Shown here in pieces: positions 9,248 to 18,210 of a stretch of 64,000 nucleotides of DNA. Under the pieces are notes generated by a model. That model was not told where the DNA came from. It saw nothing but the letters and a program-made list of their open reading frames with translations, and ran no database searches. The translations under genes and the position numbers were made by a program. Position 1 is the first letter of the stretch, and every line of letters begins with the position of its first letter. The stretch is from a virus (taxonomy: Duplodnaviria; Caudoviricetes), in IMG/VR virus record IMGVR_UViG_3300046169_000103, positions 1,924 to 65,923 of that record; one strand, 5' to 3'.

Positions 9248-9872
9248 GTTGATCGGTTCACAAATACAAAAGACAGCATCTGCTTTATGGCAGAGCGCAG
9301 AGGACACACTATCGGGTGACGAAGAGTATCCGTTAGCTATTGTTCTTACAGGTGCGCCCGGTATCGGTAAGACCACGCTGGCTAATATGCTTGCGTTGAA
9401 GCTAACAGGTAGCAACTTCGCAGTTACTACCGAGAATGGTAAGGAGGTGGGTGTCGATCGGGTCAGGGATTTCATGGACAACATGAACAACTCCACCCTG
9501 TTTTCTGTTACTGGTCATCAATGTTGGATTATCAACGAGGGTGATAACATAACAGAGGCTGGACAAGTTGCGTTCCTATCATTACTCGACTCATGCCCGT
9601 CCAACTACCACATCATTCTCACATCCAACGAAGACTTAGATAATTGGAGTGAACGCTTTCAGACTAGGTTTGAAGTGTATAACATCCCATCCCCCGATGA
9701 CGATGAAATCGCAAAGGGTCTAGAGGATAGACTGCGTCCCGAGAATATGACCCCTCAACTAGAGCAACTCTGGCCGAAAGTTGCACAGACTGCATCCGAG
9801 GGATGTGGTGGCAATGTCCGTCAGGCAATCATGGAGATACGAGCATGGAAGCGGAAGAACAGGATATCATAG
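9201..9872 (+). CDS. AAA+ ATPase, clamp-loader clade
   Basis: Walker A GAPGIGKT, Walker B variant IINEGD, sensor ILTSN, QTRF, GNVRQA. Confidence 0.8.
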   Translation: MAVLDIRQSEPSQPSELIGSQIQKTASALWQSAEDTLSGDEEYPLAIVLTGAPGIGKTTLANMLALKLTGSNFAVTTENGKEVGVDRVRDFMDNMNNSTLFSVTGHQCWIINEGDNITEAGQVAFLSLLDSCPSNYHIILTSNEDLDNWSERFQTRFEVYNIPSPDDDEIAKGLEDRLRPENMTPQLEQLWPKVAQTASEGCGGNVRQAIMEIRAWKRKNRIS

Positions 9873-10387
9873 AGGTAGATAAATCCATAATAGAAGGAAA
9901 AGGTTACACCTTTGATAAAAGTGTGCCAGGACATGGTGGGTACAAAGCCCAAGGGAAGCACCTGAAAAACTTTTACTCTGGAGAGTCAATATCAAAACCT
10001 AAGCCAACAGGTAAGGTGTATGAGAATGACGGGAAATACTACCTCGTCACAGGCTACAATGAGAATGAAGTGAAGGGGCAAGAAGTAGTTCCTTTGGAGC
10101 CTGGTATGCCTAGCCTTCACTATGGTGAATGGGCAGCCATTCAGACTTGGGTAGAAGGTTATGGCGAAATCAGTGACGAGTTGGCTGAGTTAGCCATGAA
10201 GGTAGAGCAGTATTTCAAACAAGAAATAGGTAGGGGAAATGGGTACATAGGCGTGAGGTTTGAGTCACGCAAGCGGATATATGTAACCACCCCAAGAAAT
10301 GTAAAATTTGTAGCCAAGAAGCATGGGAATCAAATACAGGATGCATTCGCATGGGCTAACCCCGCACAGGAGGAAATGAAATTATGA
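9803..10387 (+). CDS. Hypothetical protein (start likely MEAEEQ at 9845)
   Basis: ORF track; GGAG upstream of 9845. Confidence 0.6.
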   Translation: MWWQCPSGNHGDTSMEAEEQDIIEVDKSIIEGKGYTFDKSVPGHGGYKAQGKHLKNFYSGESISKPKPTGKVYENDGKYYLVTGYNENEVKGQEVVPLEPGMPSLHYGEWAAIQTWVEGYGEISDELAELAMKVEQYFKQEIGRGNGYIGVRFESRKRIYVTTPRNVKFVAKKHGNQIQDAFAWANPAQEEMKL

Positions 10388-11226
10388 AAATAATACAGAC
10401 AAAAATAACGCCCTCGCAAGCAAGCGAGTTGTTAGGCAACAATCCAAACAACAGACTAGTGTCTCCTACTACCGTAAGGGATTATGTAAGAGACATGAAG
10501 GATCGGAAGTGGATGCCTAATGGAGAGACAATAAAGATATACAACGATACCAAGAATCGTAAGTTACCCATAACCAAGCATAGGTTAATTGATGGACAGC
10601 ACAGGCTAACTGCTTGCGTAAAATCAAACATACCCCTTGATGCGGTTATTGCGGTTGTTGATAGCCCTGATGTCTTCAAGACTATTGATACAGGCAAGAA
10701 ACGCAGCACAAAGGACTGCCTAGATATACTTGGCTTCACGAACACTGCCTGTCTGGCTGCTTCTTTAGCTTTGATCAAAAAAGTAGACACAACAGGGATA
10801 TCTGCAGTTACTAAATCACCAGGAGGTGGATCAACATCTAAGGTTAGAAATCACGAGATTGAGCAACTTGCTGATGAATATCCAACAATGCCGGAGTCTG
10901 TAGCATACGCAAACAGAGCGCGGACGCTACTAAAGACAAGACCTGCAACTATGTCAGTAATTCACTACAAGTTGTCTCAGGTCGATCAAGACCTAGCCGA
11001 GGAATTCTTAACTGCATTCCATGGTGGGGAAGGATTGAGCGGAACATCTCCAGTGCTTCATGCTAGAAATAGAATAATTAAGCGACTTATGTCTGATAAG
11101 ATTCTTACTCCATTCTATCTAATGAAGGTGGTGTTCACTGCTTGGAATCACTGGATTAGTGGCAATGAGATAACCAAGTTGCAGATTACCAATACTGAAA
11201 GCCTACCTAAACTAAAACACTCATAA
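10384..11226 (+). CDS. ParB/Srx-like N-terminal domain protein
   Basis: N..NR, LIDGQHRL, ID.G..R motifs. Confidence 0.75.
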   Translation: MKIIQTKITPSQASELLGNNPNNRLVSPTTVRDYVRDMKDRKWMPNGETIKIYNDTKNRKLPITKHRLIDGQHRLTACVKSNIPLDAVIAVVDSPDVFKTIDTGKKRSTKDCLDILGFTNTACLAASLALIKKVDTTGISAVTKSPGGGSTSKVRNHEIEQLADEYPTMPESVAYANRARTLLKTRPATMSVIHYKLSQVDQDLAEEFLTAFHGGEGLSGTSPVLHARNRIIKRLMSDKILTPFYLMKVVFTAWNHWISGNEITKLQITNTESLPKLKHS

Positions 11227-12104
11227 TGAAAGAATACTATACAGGAATTGATGACCCTAAGCGTGCCATACTACTTAATGAGCATAGAAATATTGAGTTA
11301 GGCTTCATGCTCTCTACTAATCGCATAAAGAGAAGGAAGAAAGAGATACTCAATAAGGGTAAGTGGATGCTCGACTCAGGGGCATTCACGCAGATTAAGG
11401 ACAATGGTAAGTTCATCATTCCTGTTGAGAAGTATGTGGAAATCATCAAGCGACACGAGGATGAGAACCTAGTGTGTGCTGTCACTCAGGACTATATGTG
11501 TGAACCAGATATGTTAGAAATAACAGGCAAGACAGTCCGTGAGCATATCAGGATGACCGTCCAGAGATACTTCCGTATTCTTAAGCTTATGAGAAAGCGT
11601 GGATGTAGCACAATGCTACTCCCTGTATTACAGGGCATGGAGGCACAGGACTACATCGAATGCTTGGACTTGTACGAGGAGGGGTGGCGAAAGCTGGAGA
11701 ATAGGTATGGGTTTCTGTACAGATTCGGGGGTGAGCAATTCACCCGCCCTACTCGTATCGGTTTTGGATCTATGTGCAAACGCAATGGCAACCCTGGTCC
11801 TGTCGAATCAATACTTGATCAGATGGAGCATAGGCTAGGGAATTTTAAAATCCATCTATTCGGTTTTAAAACAACAGGCTTGAATATTAAGTGGGAGATT
11901 GCTTCACGCATCCACTCTGCCGACTCCTTTGCATATAGCATGAGAGACAGGAAATACAATGCACATGAAGCACCGGAAATTAATGTGAGAACTAATGACT
12001 CACGAGCCGAGCTTGCTATCGAACATGGTAGAAAGATGGCAAGACTCGTAGAGAAAACACAAACAACACTAAACCTAAACCTAGATTATGGAGTAACAAT
12101 ATGA
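11226..12104 (+). CDS. dpdA: DpdA/TGT-like DNA-guanine transglycosylase
   Basis: WMLDSGAF, QDYMCEP, PVLQG, GFGSMCKR, IHLFGFK, SADS: TGT-barrel motifs. Confidence 0.75.
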   Translation: MKEYYTGIDDPKRAILLNEHRNIELGFMLSTNRIKRRKKEILNKGKWMLDSGAFTQIKDNGKFIIPVEKYVEIIKRHEDENLVCAVTQDYMCEPDMLEITGKTVREHIRMTVQRYFRILKLMRKRGCSTMLLPVLQGMEAQDYIECLDLYEEGWRKLENRYGFLYRFGGEQFTRPTRIGFGSMCKRNGNPGPVESILDQMEHRLGNFKIHLFGFKTTGLNIKWEIASRIHSADSFAYSMRDRKYNAHEAPEINVRTNDSRAELAIEHGRKMARLVEKTQTTLNLNLDYGVTI

Positions 12105-12457
12105 GCGGAGAAGGTCATTATGCGTCCTTTAGGAGGACAGACGAAACACAGGAGGATAACGAAGATTTATGTAAAATGTTCGAAAGACTCATCCTGACAT
12201 CACCAGTAACTAAACACATGAAGTTCTACCCTGATTCTGTTGGGCAAGTTACGCTTTACGAAAAAGACGGAAGCGATACGCCTCAATGGCTAAAAGAACG
12301 CTTAGAAGATGGAGAATTTTGGTTTTACATTTCGACTTATGAATCGTGGTACGAAGACGCAGATATATACGAATCAGAGGACCGAGAGGATAGCTTTGTA
12401 TCAATTGCTAAAAAATTCGCAGTAAATAACAACCTAAATATGGAGTAACAGTATGAG
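12087..12457 (+). repeat. 19-bp direct repeat TATGGAGTAACARTATGAG at 12087-12105 and 12439-12457
   Basis: 18/19 identical; flanks ORF 12101..12448. Confidence 0.8.
12101..12448 (+). CDS. Hypothetical protein (repeat-flanked cassette)
   Basis: GGAG SD within the repeat. Confidence 0.65.
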   Translation: MSGEGHYASFRRTDETQEDNEDLCKMFERLILTSPVTKHMKFYPDSVGQVTLYEKDGSDTPQWLKERLEDGEFWFYISTYESWYEDADIYESEDREDSFVSIAKKFAVNNNLNME

Positions 12458-12574
12458 AGAGAAAGACCTCAAAAAAATAATAGCAACAGACAGATATAAC
12501 CTGCTCAGAGGCAAGGAAAGTCGAATCGGGTACTGGCTGAAGAAAATTAAATACAGAATAGAGTTATTTATTTC

Positions 12575-12594
12575 TGACCTAATATAATAGATAT
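12575..12594 (+). promoter_or_regulatory. 20-bp motif copy TGACCTAA-TATA-TAAGATAT
   Basis: Overlaps SNF2 start codon. Confidence 0.5.
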
Positions 12595-15097
12595 GTCTAA
12601 ACCAAGACCAAATGTATATCTGACCCCAACGGGGTCATTGCGGATAAATACCGATGGGATAACTAATTACTCCCTAGTATGGCGTTTACAGCAAGCACAT
12701 GGCACAACTGCTATGGCTCTGACTACGAACAATTCCGACAGGATGTTGCTCAATACCATGCTCGAGGAGTACGAGAAGTATTCATCTAGTGGTAATGCAA
12801 GATTCATTGTTTCTCCTGAAGCAGCTGAGTCGATCGATGAAGCAATTACTGCAAGCTCTGAACCCATCCCCCCTATCCTGCCACTTAAACCCTACGAGAA
12901 ACTGGGTGCCATCTCAGAGATTGGTAAGTTACAGGCACGGACATCCTTCGGTTCATCCGGTAATAATAAAGAACCATACATTATTAAGAACGAGATGTAT
13001 GAATTCAATGTATCCACTCGTGACTACGAGAAGGAATACCCTCGCACCAAAATGCATGCCAAGAAGAAGACAGGCGAAACCTATACAATGGTGCATACCT
13101 GTCGACTTGAAGGCACTGACTCATCTTTTACATTCAGGGATGAGAATAGCGAGTGGTGGACATTCAGGGAGCATCCCGAGACTAGACTAGAATTGAGCGA
13201 GAAGAAACTCTGGGAGTACTTCCTTGAGCCGGAAATCGCATCAATCAAGGAACTCTATCCTGAAAAGTGGGAGGAGCATAACGAGATGCTTGATATGCTT
13301 GAGGACTTGGGTGATGGCACTTGGAAATACTTCGAGGGTCAACGCAAGTTCCTCTCCTCCTTCTCCATGCTGGACTCTGGTCTGCTTGCTTGGGAGATGG
13401 GTGGTGGTAAGACCCTTGCCGCTTACTCAATGTTCTACCTCAAGAATGCTAAGCGTGCATTATTTATTGTACCCAAGGGCACTAGTGTGAGTGAGGATGG
13501 CAGAAAGGTTAAGTTTGATGATGTTCCTCAGTGGGTAGCCGAGGCACAAAAGTTCGCCCCTGATGTCCCTGTCCACAATCTCTTTACTAAAGAACAATAC
13601 GAGAATCTGCTAGACGAGCATGGTCAATTGCCCCGTGGTATATTCCTCACCTACCCTCATGCCCTGTTTAATAATGGTGGTGCATTTGAGAATATGCCAA
13701 AGACCAAGGCATGGAAGAATGAAGCAGGCGAGAAAAAGTTCTGCGAGAAGTATGGCATCGAATACAAGGAGGAGTTTGGCATTCGCTACACCACTGGTAT
13801 CGGTGAGGAAATCAATGGCATACATTGCGTGGCTACTCCATCCCTTGCCACCCTGTGCCACCAGCAATTTGATATGGTGATGGTGGACGAAGCACACCTG
13901 ATGTGCAACCCCCACTCTAATATCACCCGTGGTTTGCTCAGGATGCAACCTAAGTACAGGTATGCAATGACTGCTACCCCTATCCCTAATTATGTTTACA
14001 ATATCTTCCCCATCATGGGTTGGCTTGCCGTAGATAACTGGCGATTGGACAGGCGACGCTCACCAAGATGGCCTTTTGGATTGCAGGAGATTAGTAGATT
14101 TAAATCTGCCCATGTCTCCAAGGAGAGAGACTTAACCCAGGAAGAATTGGCAGAGAAGTTCGATGAGTCAAAACCATCACCGAAAGATTCTGCCACCATT
14201 TCGCAGGTCCCCAATCTTCTCTATCTCATTCGTAAGACTTGTGGCTACATGTCTAAGAAGGATATCAATCCAGACATAGTCAAATGTGACATAAATACTA
14301 TCCGTGTCCCCATGGGTAGCCAGCAACATAAGTTGTATGCCCACTACCTCCAACGAAAGAATATTCCACTTGATAATCCTATTGCGGTTGCAATGACTCA
14401 GCAGACCTACCTTAGATGTCTATGTGCTGATCCATTCGGTGTAGCATACAACAATGTAGAGGACAAGAAGGTGATGTCTAACTACAACCCCAAGACAGTC
14501 GCCACCCTCCAGATGATTGCCGACTACATCAACAAAGGTGAGCAAGTTGTGTATGTCGCTTTTAATAACGGTCAGATTGATGAGATTCGTAAGCGTCTAG
14601 ATATGGCAGATGTCAGGTACTCAATGATTCGTGGTGATGTCAAAGATCAGTCGAGTCAATCCGCTAGGTTTAAGCGTGGTGAAACCATGGTCATGCTGAT
14701 GAATATATTCTGTGCCCAAGCCCACTCCTTTGAGAACTGCAAGCATATGATTATCGGTAGCCTTGAGTGGAGTTATGGTAAGTTCGCTCAGGCTTGCGGT
14801 AGAATTCATCGAATCAATAGCCCAGAGGATGTGGATGTAAATGTTATACTCCACGAACACACTATCGAGGAATTATTGTTCGAGAAGGTAGGCACTAAGG
14901 AAGATGCAGCTACCATCTGCATGAAAGCAGAGCATAGCAACAGTGATGTTAAGCCTGTCGACCCTAGTGAGTTGCTTGCTGAACACTTCGAGAACTTTCG
15001 ATCCGGCAATCAGGATGTCATGGATGAAGAGGATTGCGAAAGACAATGGCCCGACCTGATGTACAAACTCAAAAACGGATGTGAAATAGCTTTATGA
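12593..15097 (+). CDS. SNF2-family SF2 helicase/translocase
   Basis: EMGGGKT, MVDEAH, MTATP, QACGRIHR. Confidence 0.88.
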   Translation: MSKPRPNVYLTPTGSLRINTDGITNYSLVWRLQQAHGTTAMALTTNNSDRMLLNTMLEEYEKYSSSGNARFIVSPEAAESIDEAITASSEPIPPILPLKPYEKLGAISEIGKLQARTSFGSSGNNKEPYIIKNEMYEFNVSTRDYEKEYPRTKMHAKKKTGETYTMVHTCRLEGTDSSFTFRDENSEWWTFREHPETRLELSEKKLWEYFLEPEIASIKELYPEKWEEHNEMLDMLEDLGDGTWKYFEGQRKFLSSFSMLDSGLLAWEMGGGKTLAAYSMFYLKNAKRALFIVPKGTSVSEDGRKVKFDDVPQWVAEAQKFAPDVPVHNLFTKEQYENLLDEHGQLPRGIFLTYPHALFNNGGAFENMPKTKAWKNEAGEKKFCEKYGIEYKEEFGIRYTTGIGEEINGIHCVATPSLATLCHQQFDMVMVDEAHLMCNPHSNITRGLLRMQPKYRYAMTATPIPNYVYNIFPIMGWLAVDNWRLDRRRSPRWPFGLQEISRFKSAHVSKERDLTQEELAEKFDESKPSPKDSATISQVPNLLYLIRKTCGYMSKKDINPDIVKCDINTIRVPMGSQQHKLYAHYLQRKNIPLDNPIAVAMTQQTYLRCLCADPFGVAYNNVEDKKVMSNYNPKTVATLQMIADYINKGEQVVYVAFNNGQIDEIRKRLDMADVRYSMIRGDVKDQSSQSARFKRGETMVMLMNIFCAQAHSFENCKHMIIGSLEWSYGKFAQACGRIHRINSPEDVDVNVILHEHTIEELLFEKVGTKEDAATICMKAEHSNSDVKPVDPSELLAEHFENFRSGNQDVMDEEDCERQWPDLMYKLKNGCEIAL

Positions 15098-15498
15098 TAA
15101 CAAAGACAAAACCAAATGACCCGAGGTACGAACTTGACGAGAGTCGCTCGGTAGAGGTTTACAGAAACCTACATAAACAATGCTACTCAATAAAACAGGA
15201 CGGACTAGTTAAAGCCCATGCTGATGAGATATCACTTAAAAAATGCACATTCCATGTAAATGAAAAAGGTAGAGACAGGGTGCGTAAGACAAAACGCAAA
15301 GAGGTTCACGCTTGGGTAAAAGGCTTCCTATCAAAACTCTTCGATCTACCCATGGAATACAACCGAATCCATTACAATCCTTATAAAACTGATGGCTTTA
15401 TGCATAGGGTAGAAACTGGTGCTTTTAGCGCCACATTCTGCGAGATAGTTCAAGCTGATCGAGTCAGTCTTATACCAGGAGGAATTTATAAATCATGA
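15094..15498 (+). CDS. Conserved phage hypothetical protein
   Basis: VYRNLH...RKEVHAWV...YNPYK pattern seen in phage proteins. Confidence 0.65.
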   Translation: MITKTKPNDPRYELDESRSVEVYRNLHKQCYSIKQDGLVKAHADEISLKKCTFHVNEKGRDRVRKTKRKEVHAWVKGFLSKLFDLPMEYNRIHYNPYKTDGFMHRVETGAFSATFCEIVQADRVSLIPGGIYKS

Positions 15499-15839
15499 AA
15501 GATAAACTAAAACAGGTTATACCATACCTTGAGTATGTAGCTTCACCTGATACTGCGTATAACGAATATGACCCTGCCGACTACAAGCAGGGTAAACTAC
15601 ATAACCACTGTGGTTGTGTTGCATATGTGATACAAAAGTATTTCGGTGGAGAGATAGTGGTAATGAAAGGTCATTACTGGAATAAAATAGATGGGGTGGG
15701 CTATGATGCCACGCATGAAAAGTTGGACTTTATGCCTCCCTATAGCGTGAGCCGTAAAGTACCTGAACGCAAAAAGGTGAATCCTAGATTCTCAACCTTT
15801 TACAATAGAGTGGAGTGGGCAATCAATGGCCAAGGATAA
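15495..15839 (+). CDS. YunG-like protein (Cys-His-Asp)
   Basis: HCGCVAYVIQKYFGGEI...HYWNKIDG..YDAT. Confidence 0.55.
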   Translation: MKDKLKQVIPYLEYVASPDTAYNEYDPADYKQGKLHNHCGCVAYVIQKYFGGEIVVMKGHYWNKIDGVGYDATHEKLDFMPPYSVSRKVPERKKVNPRFSTFYNRVEWAINGQG

Positions 15840-16177
15840 ACCAGGAGCAGGATGGGGTACTGATTGCGAAGCGCAACTAGAGTACGAGAACGATAATTAC
15901 TACCTACTCACGTGGGATGACCCTTGCTGTATGGAAATCAGGAACACCAATCAAGTTATATCCGCTCTTGGTGTCAGTCTGGTAGAGGATGAATCCAAGT
16001 GGTATATGCATAACAAGGTTCATAGAGAAGGTACAGTCAACGAGAGATATCAAGGAATTATTGGACTGGCTCAACGCAGAGCAAGAAGGACCTGACCGAG
16101 TGCCATCAGAAAACTTTATTACTGATGATTGTGGATATGTATGGATCAGGAGAATACTAACTAAATGCGAATTATGA
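15826..16177 (+). CDS. Hypothetical protein(s); two overlapping ORFs, possibly one frameshifted gene
   Basis: ORFs 15826..16095 and 15989..16177 overlap by 107 nt. Confidence 0.45.
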
Positions 16178-16455
16178 GTGATATAGATACAGAAAAGAAA
16201 TGGACGACCAAAGCAGCTAAGGCTTTGATTGGTAAAAAAATAGTTAAAGTTCAGTACATGACCAAGAAGAACGCTGGTGACCTAGATTGGTATCAGCGTC
16301 CACTTATGCTGAAACTTGATGATGGCTCACTTATATTCCCACAAGCAGATGACGAGGGGAATGATGGAGGAGCATTAGTTCATTATGACAAAGATAAGCT
16401 AGATAACGATAACCACGAGGATTTATATCCCGTATTATGGAGAGAAAAATTATGA
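16165..16455 (+). CDS. Conserved phage hypothetical protein
   Basis: KIVKVQYM...DDEGNDGGAL. Confidence 0.65.
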   Translation: MRIMSDIDTEKKWTTKAAKALIGKKIVKVQYMTKKNAGDLDWYQRPLMLKLDDGSLIFPQADDEGNDGGALVHYDKDKLDNDNHEDLYPVLWREKL

Positions 16456-16883
16456 AAATAGTAAAACAACACAAAAATAGGAGCGCCCATTCTGAGGCGT
16501 TTGGAATATTCTCAGGCAAGACATTGGCTGATATTAAAATAGGTATTAACGAAACTGGATGCACTTATGGAGGTACGAACGATCAGATTGAGTATGTCAA
16601 GGTAGGTGATACTAGTCATGGTGCATTCTTATGGTTTGATGACATAGGAGAAGTCTCACGACTTGGTAGAAAGCTAGTGGAATATGCTGAAGAGTATGAG
16701 AGACGACAGGAGAATGTAGCAGATGGTGAAGGCTTTTTGCCCAAAGGAACTAACATTGATGACTGGATTGAGGAGGAGTCTGGCATTGAGGTGGCAGAAG
16801 CCAGGGAGGGCATACATAATGATTCTCCTATTTACGATGGTACTAACGAGGACGAGTGCGAGGAATACGCCAATAGAGATTGA
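16437..16883 (+). CDS. Hypothetical acidic protein
   Basis: ORF track. Confidence 0.6.
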   Translation: MERKIMKIVKQHKNRSAHSEAFGIFSGKTLADIKIGINETGCTYGGTNDQIEYVKVGDTSHGAFLWFDDIGEVSRLGRKLVEYAEEYERRQENVADGEGFLPKGTNIDDWIEEESGIEVAEAREGIHNDSPIYDGTNEDECEEYANRD

Positions 16884-16884
16884 C

Positions 16885-16904
16885 TGACCTAACATATTAG
16901 TACA
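16885..16904 (+). promoter_or_regulatory. 20-bp motif copy TGACCTAA-CATA-TTAGTACA, followed by palindrome GTACAC-AA-GTGTAC (16900-16913)
   Basis: Fills the gap before the integrase. Confidence 0.65.
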
Positions 16905-16915
16905 CAAGTGTACAC

Positions 16916-17971
16916 ATGAAGTTACTTAAAACCAAAACTGGTTACTCTGTGAGGTATAAGACGGAGTTTGGTATGAGAACTACCAGACTCTCGTCTACCT
17001 CAGAGAAGGATGCTCGTAAGGAAGTAAGGGATGCTAAGATTGCAGAGCTTGAAGCTGCAGCCAATGCCGGAGCATTAACTATGGATGTCATCGCAAAGAT
17101 GATGGCTGGACGAGTCATGACTTGTCAGGACGCTCTAGATGAGTGGAATGAGTGGCGTGAGTCCGAGGGCAAGTCTGCTAACACTATCAATAGTCAGACC
17201 GACTTCATTCATTTATTCTGCAAGGCACAGCACGGCATGGATAAACCTGTTAACACTATCACCCACAAGATGATATCGAAGTGGGTAAATAATCCAAAAT
17301 CCAAGGTAGGTGTCTCCACTAGGAACGCATGGTTGTCCGCAATCTCCGCATTCCTATCATTCTGCTCAACTAGGCAATACATCCCAAAGAACCCCGCTAG
17401 TATAGTATCGGTCAATATGGGCAAGCTATCCCATGAGCAAAAAGAGAAGAAAAGAGTAGTTCCCTTCACAGAGGAGGAGTACAAGAAGTTGTACAACAAT
17501 GCCATTGACTGCTTTAAGAATGATGCAGTAGGTGAATTCTGGGTGGTTGCCTCTACCCTATCCTATTGGCTTGGATTGAGGCTTGGTGATATCATTAACC
17601 TTGAGTGGGATTCATTAGGTAAAACCCACATCACTGTTTGGACAGAAAAGAAAGATGCTAGGGTAAAACTACCAATCAATCATAAACTAACAGGGGGCAA
17701 GGCAATCAGTAAAGCCCTTGCTATGATTTCTTATGATGATGGCAAGTATGTGTTCTCGAAAGAGTATAGAGATAAGATAAATGACCCTAAAAAACGCCAC
17801 TACTTTAGTCAGCAGTTCAGGGAGTTAATGAATCGCCTAGACATAGAGGGCAAATCCTTTCATTGCTTCCGTCATGCTTTTGCTACTAGGCACAAGAATA
17901 TGCCCCTAGAGGATGTAGCCAAGATGCTTGGTCATAAAAGCACCAAGACAACCAAGGGATATACCCACTAA
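16916..17971 (+). CDS. int: Tyrosine recombinase/integrase
   Basis: GLRLGD (R), EKK (K), HCFRH (HxxR), LGH, C-terminal GY; N-terminus resembles an arm-binding domain. Confidence 0.92.
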   Translation: MKLLKTKTGYSVRYKTEFGMRTTRLSSTSEKDARKEVRDAKIAELEAAANAGALTMDVIAKMMAGRVMTCQDALDEWNEWRESEGKSANTINSQTDFIHLFCKAQHGMDKPVNTITHKMISKWVNNPKSKVGVSTRNAWLSAISAFLSFCSTRQYIPKNPASIVSVNMGKLSHEQKEKKRVVPFTEEEYKKLYNNAIDCFKNDAVGEFWVVASTLSYWLGLRLGDIINLEWDSLGKTHITVWTEKKDARVKLPINHKLTGGKAISKALAMISYDDGKYVFSKEYRDKINDPKKRHYFSQQFRELMNRLDIEGKSFHCFRHAFATRHKNMPLEDVAKMLGHKSTKTTKGYTH

Positions 17972-18210
17972 CTCTTCCGCTTAGGCTGAATACTCCTGTT
18001 CTTCTTTTTGCTTACGCAACGGACAGGACCACTTAGCTTGCCCTTGCGCTTGCCACGGACATGGTGTGCCTCTTTGCCCTTCGGGCATTTTGCCTTCTTG
18101 GCATCCTTGTTTCTTTTTGCCCTACGCTTTCTCTGCTCTTTAGTGCCATGGTAAGCATCGTATTCACTACCGGGTGCGCCTTTTTTATATACTCTTTTCT
18201 TTCTTGCCAT
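17968..18210 (-). CDS. Small basic protein, degenerate HNH-like
   Basis: EY..YHGT.EQRKRRAKRN...EAHH...NR pattern. Confidence 0.55.
   Translation of the reverse strand: MARKKRVYKKGAPGSEYDAYHGTKEQRKRRAKRNKDAKKAKCPKGKEAHHVRGKRKGKLSGPVRCVSKKKNRSIQPKRKS

Noticed and set aside
1538-17505. Minus-strand ORFs in the early arm (and plus-strand ORFs in the late arm)
   Set aside because: Shadows of longer, coupled genes on the opposite strand
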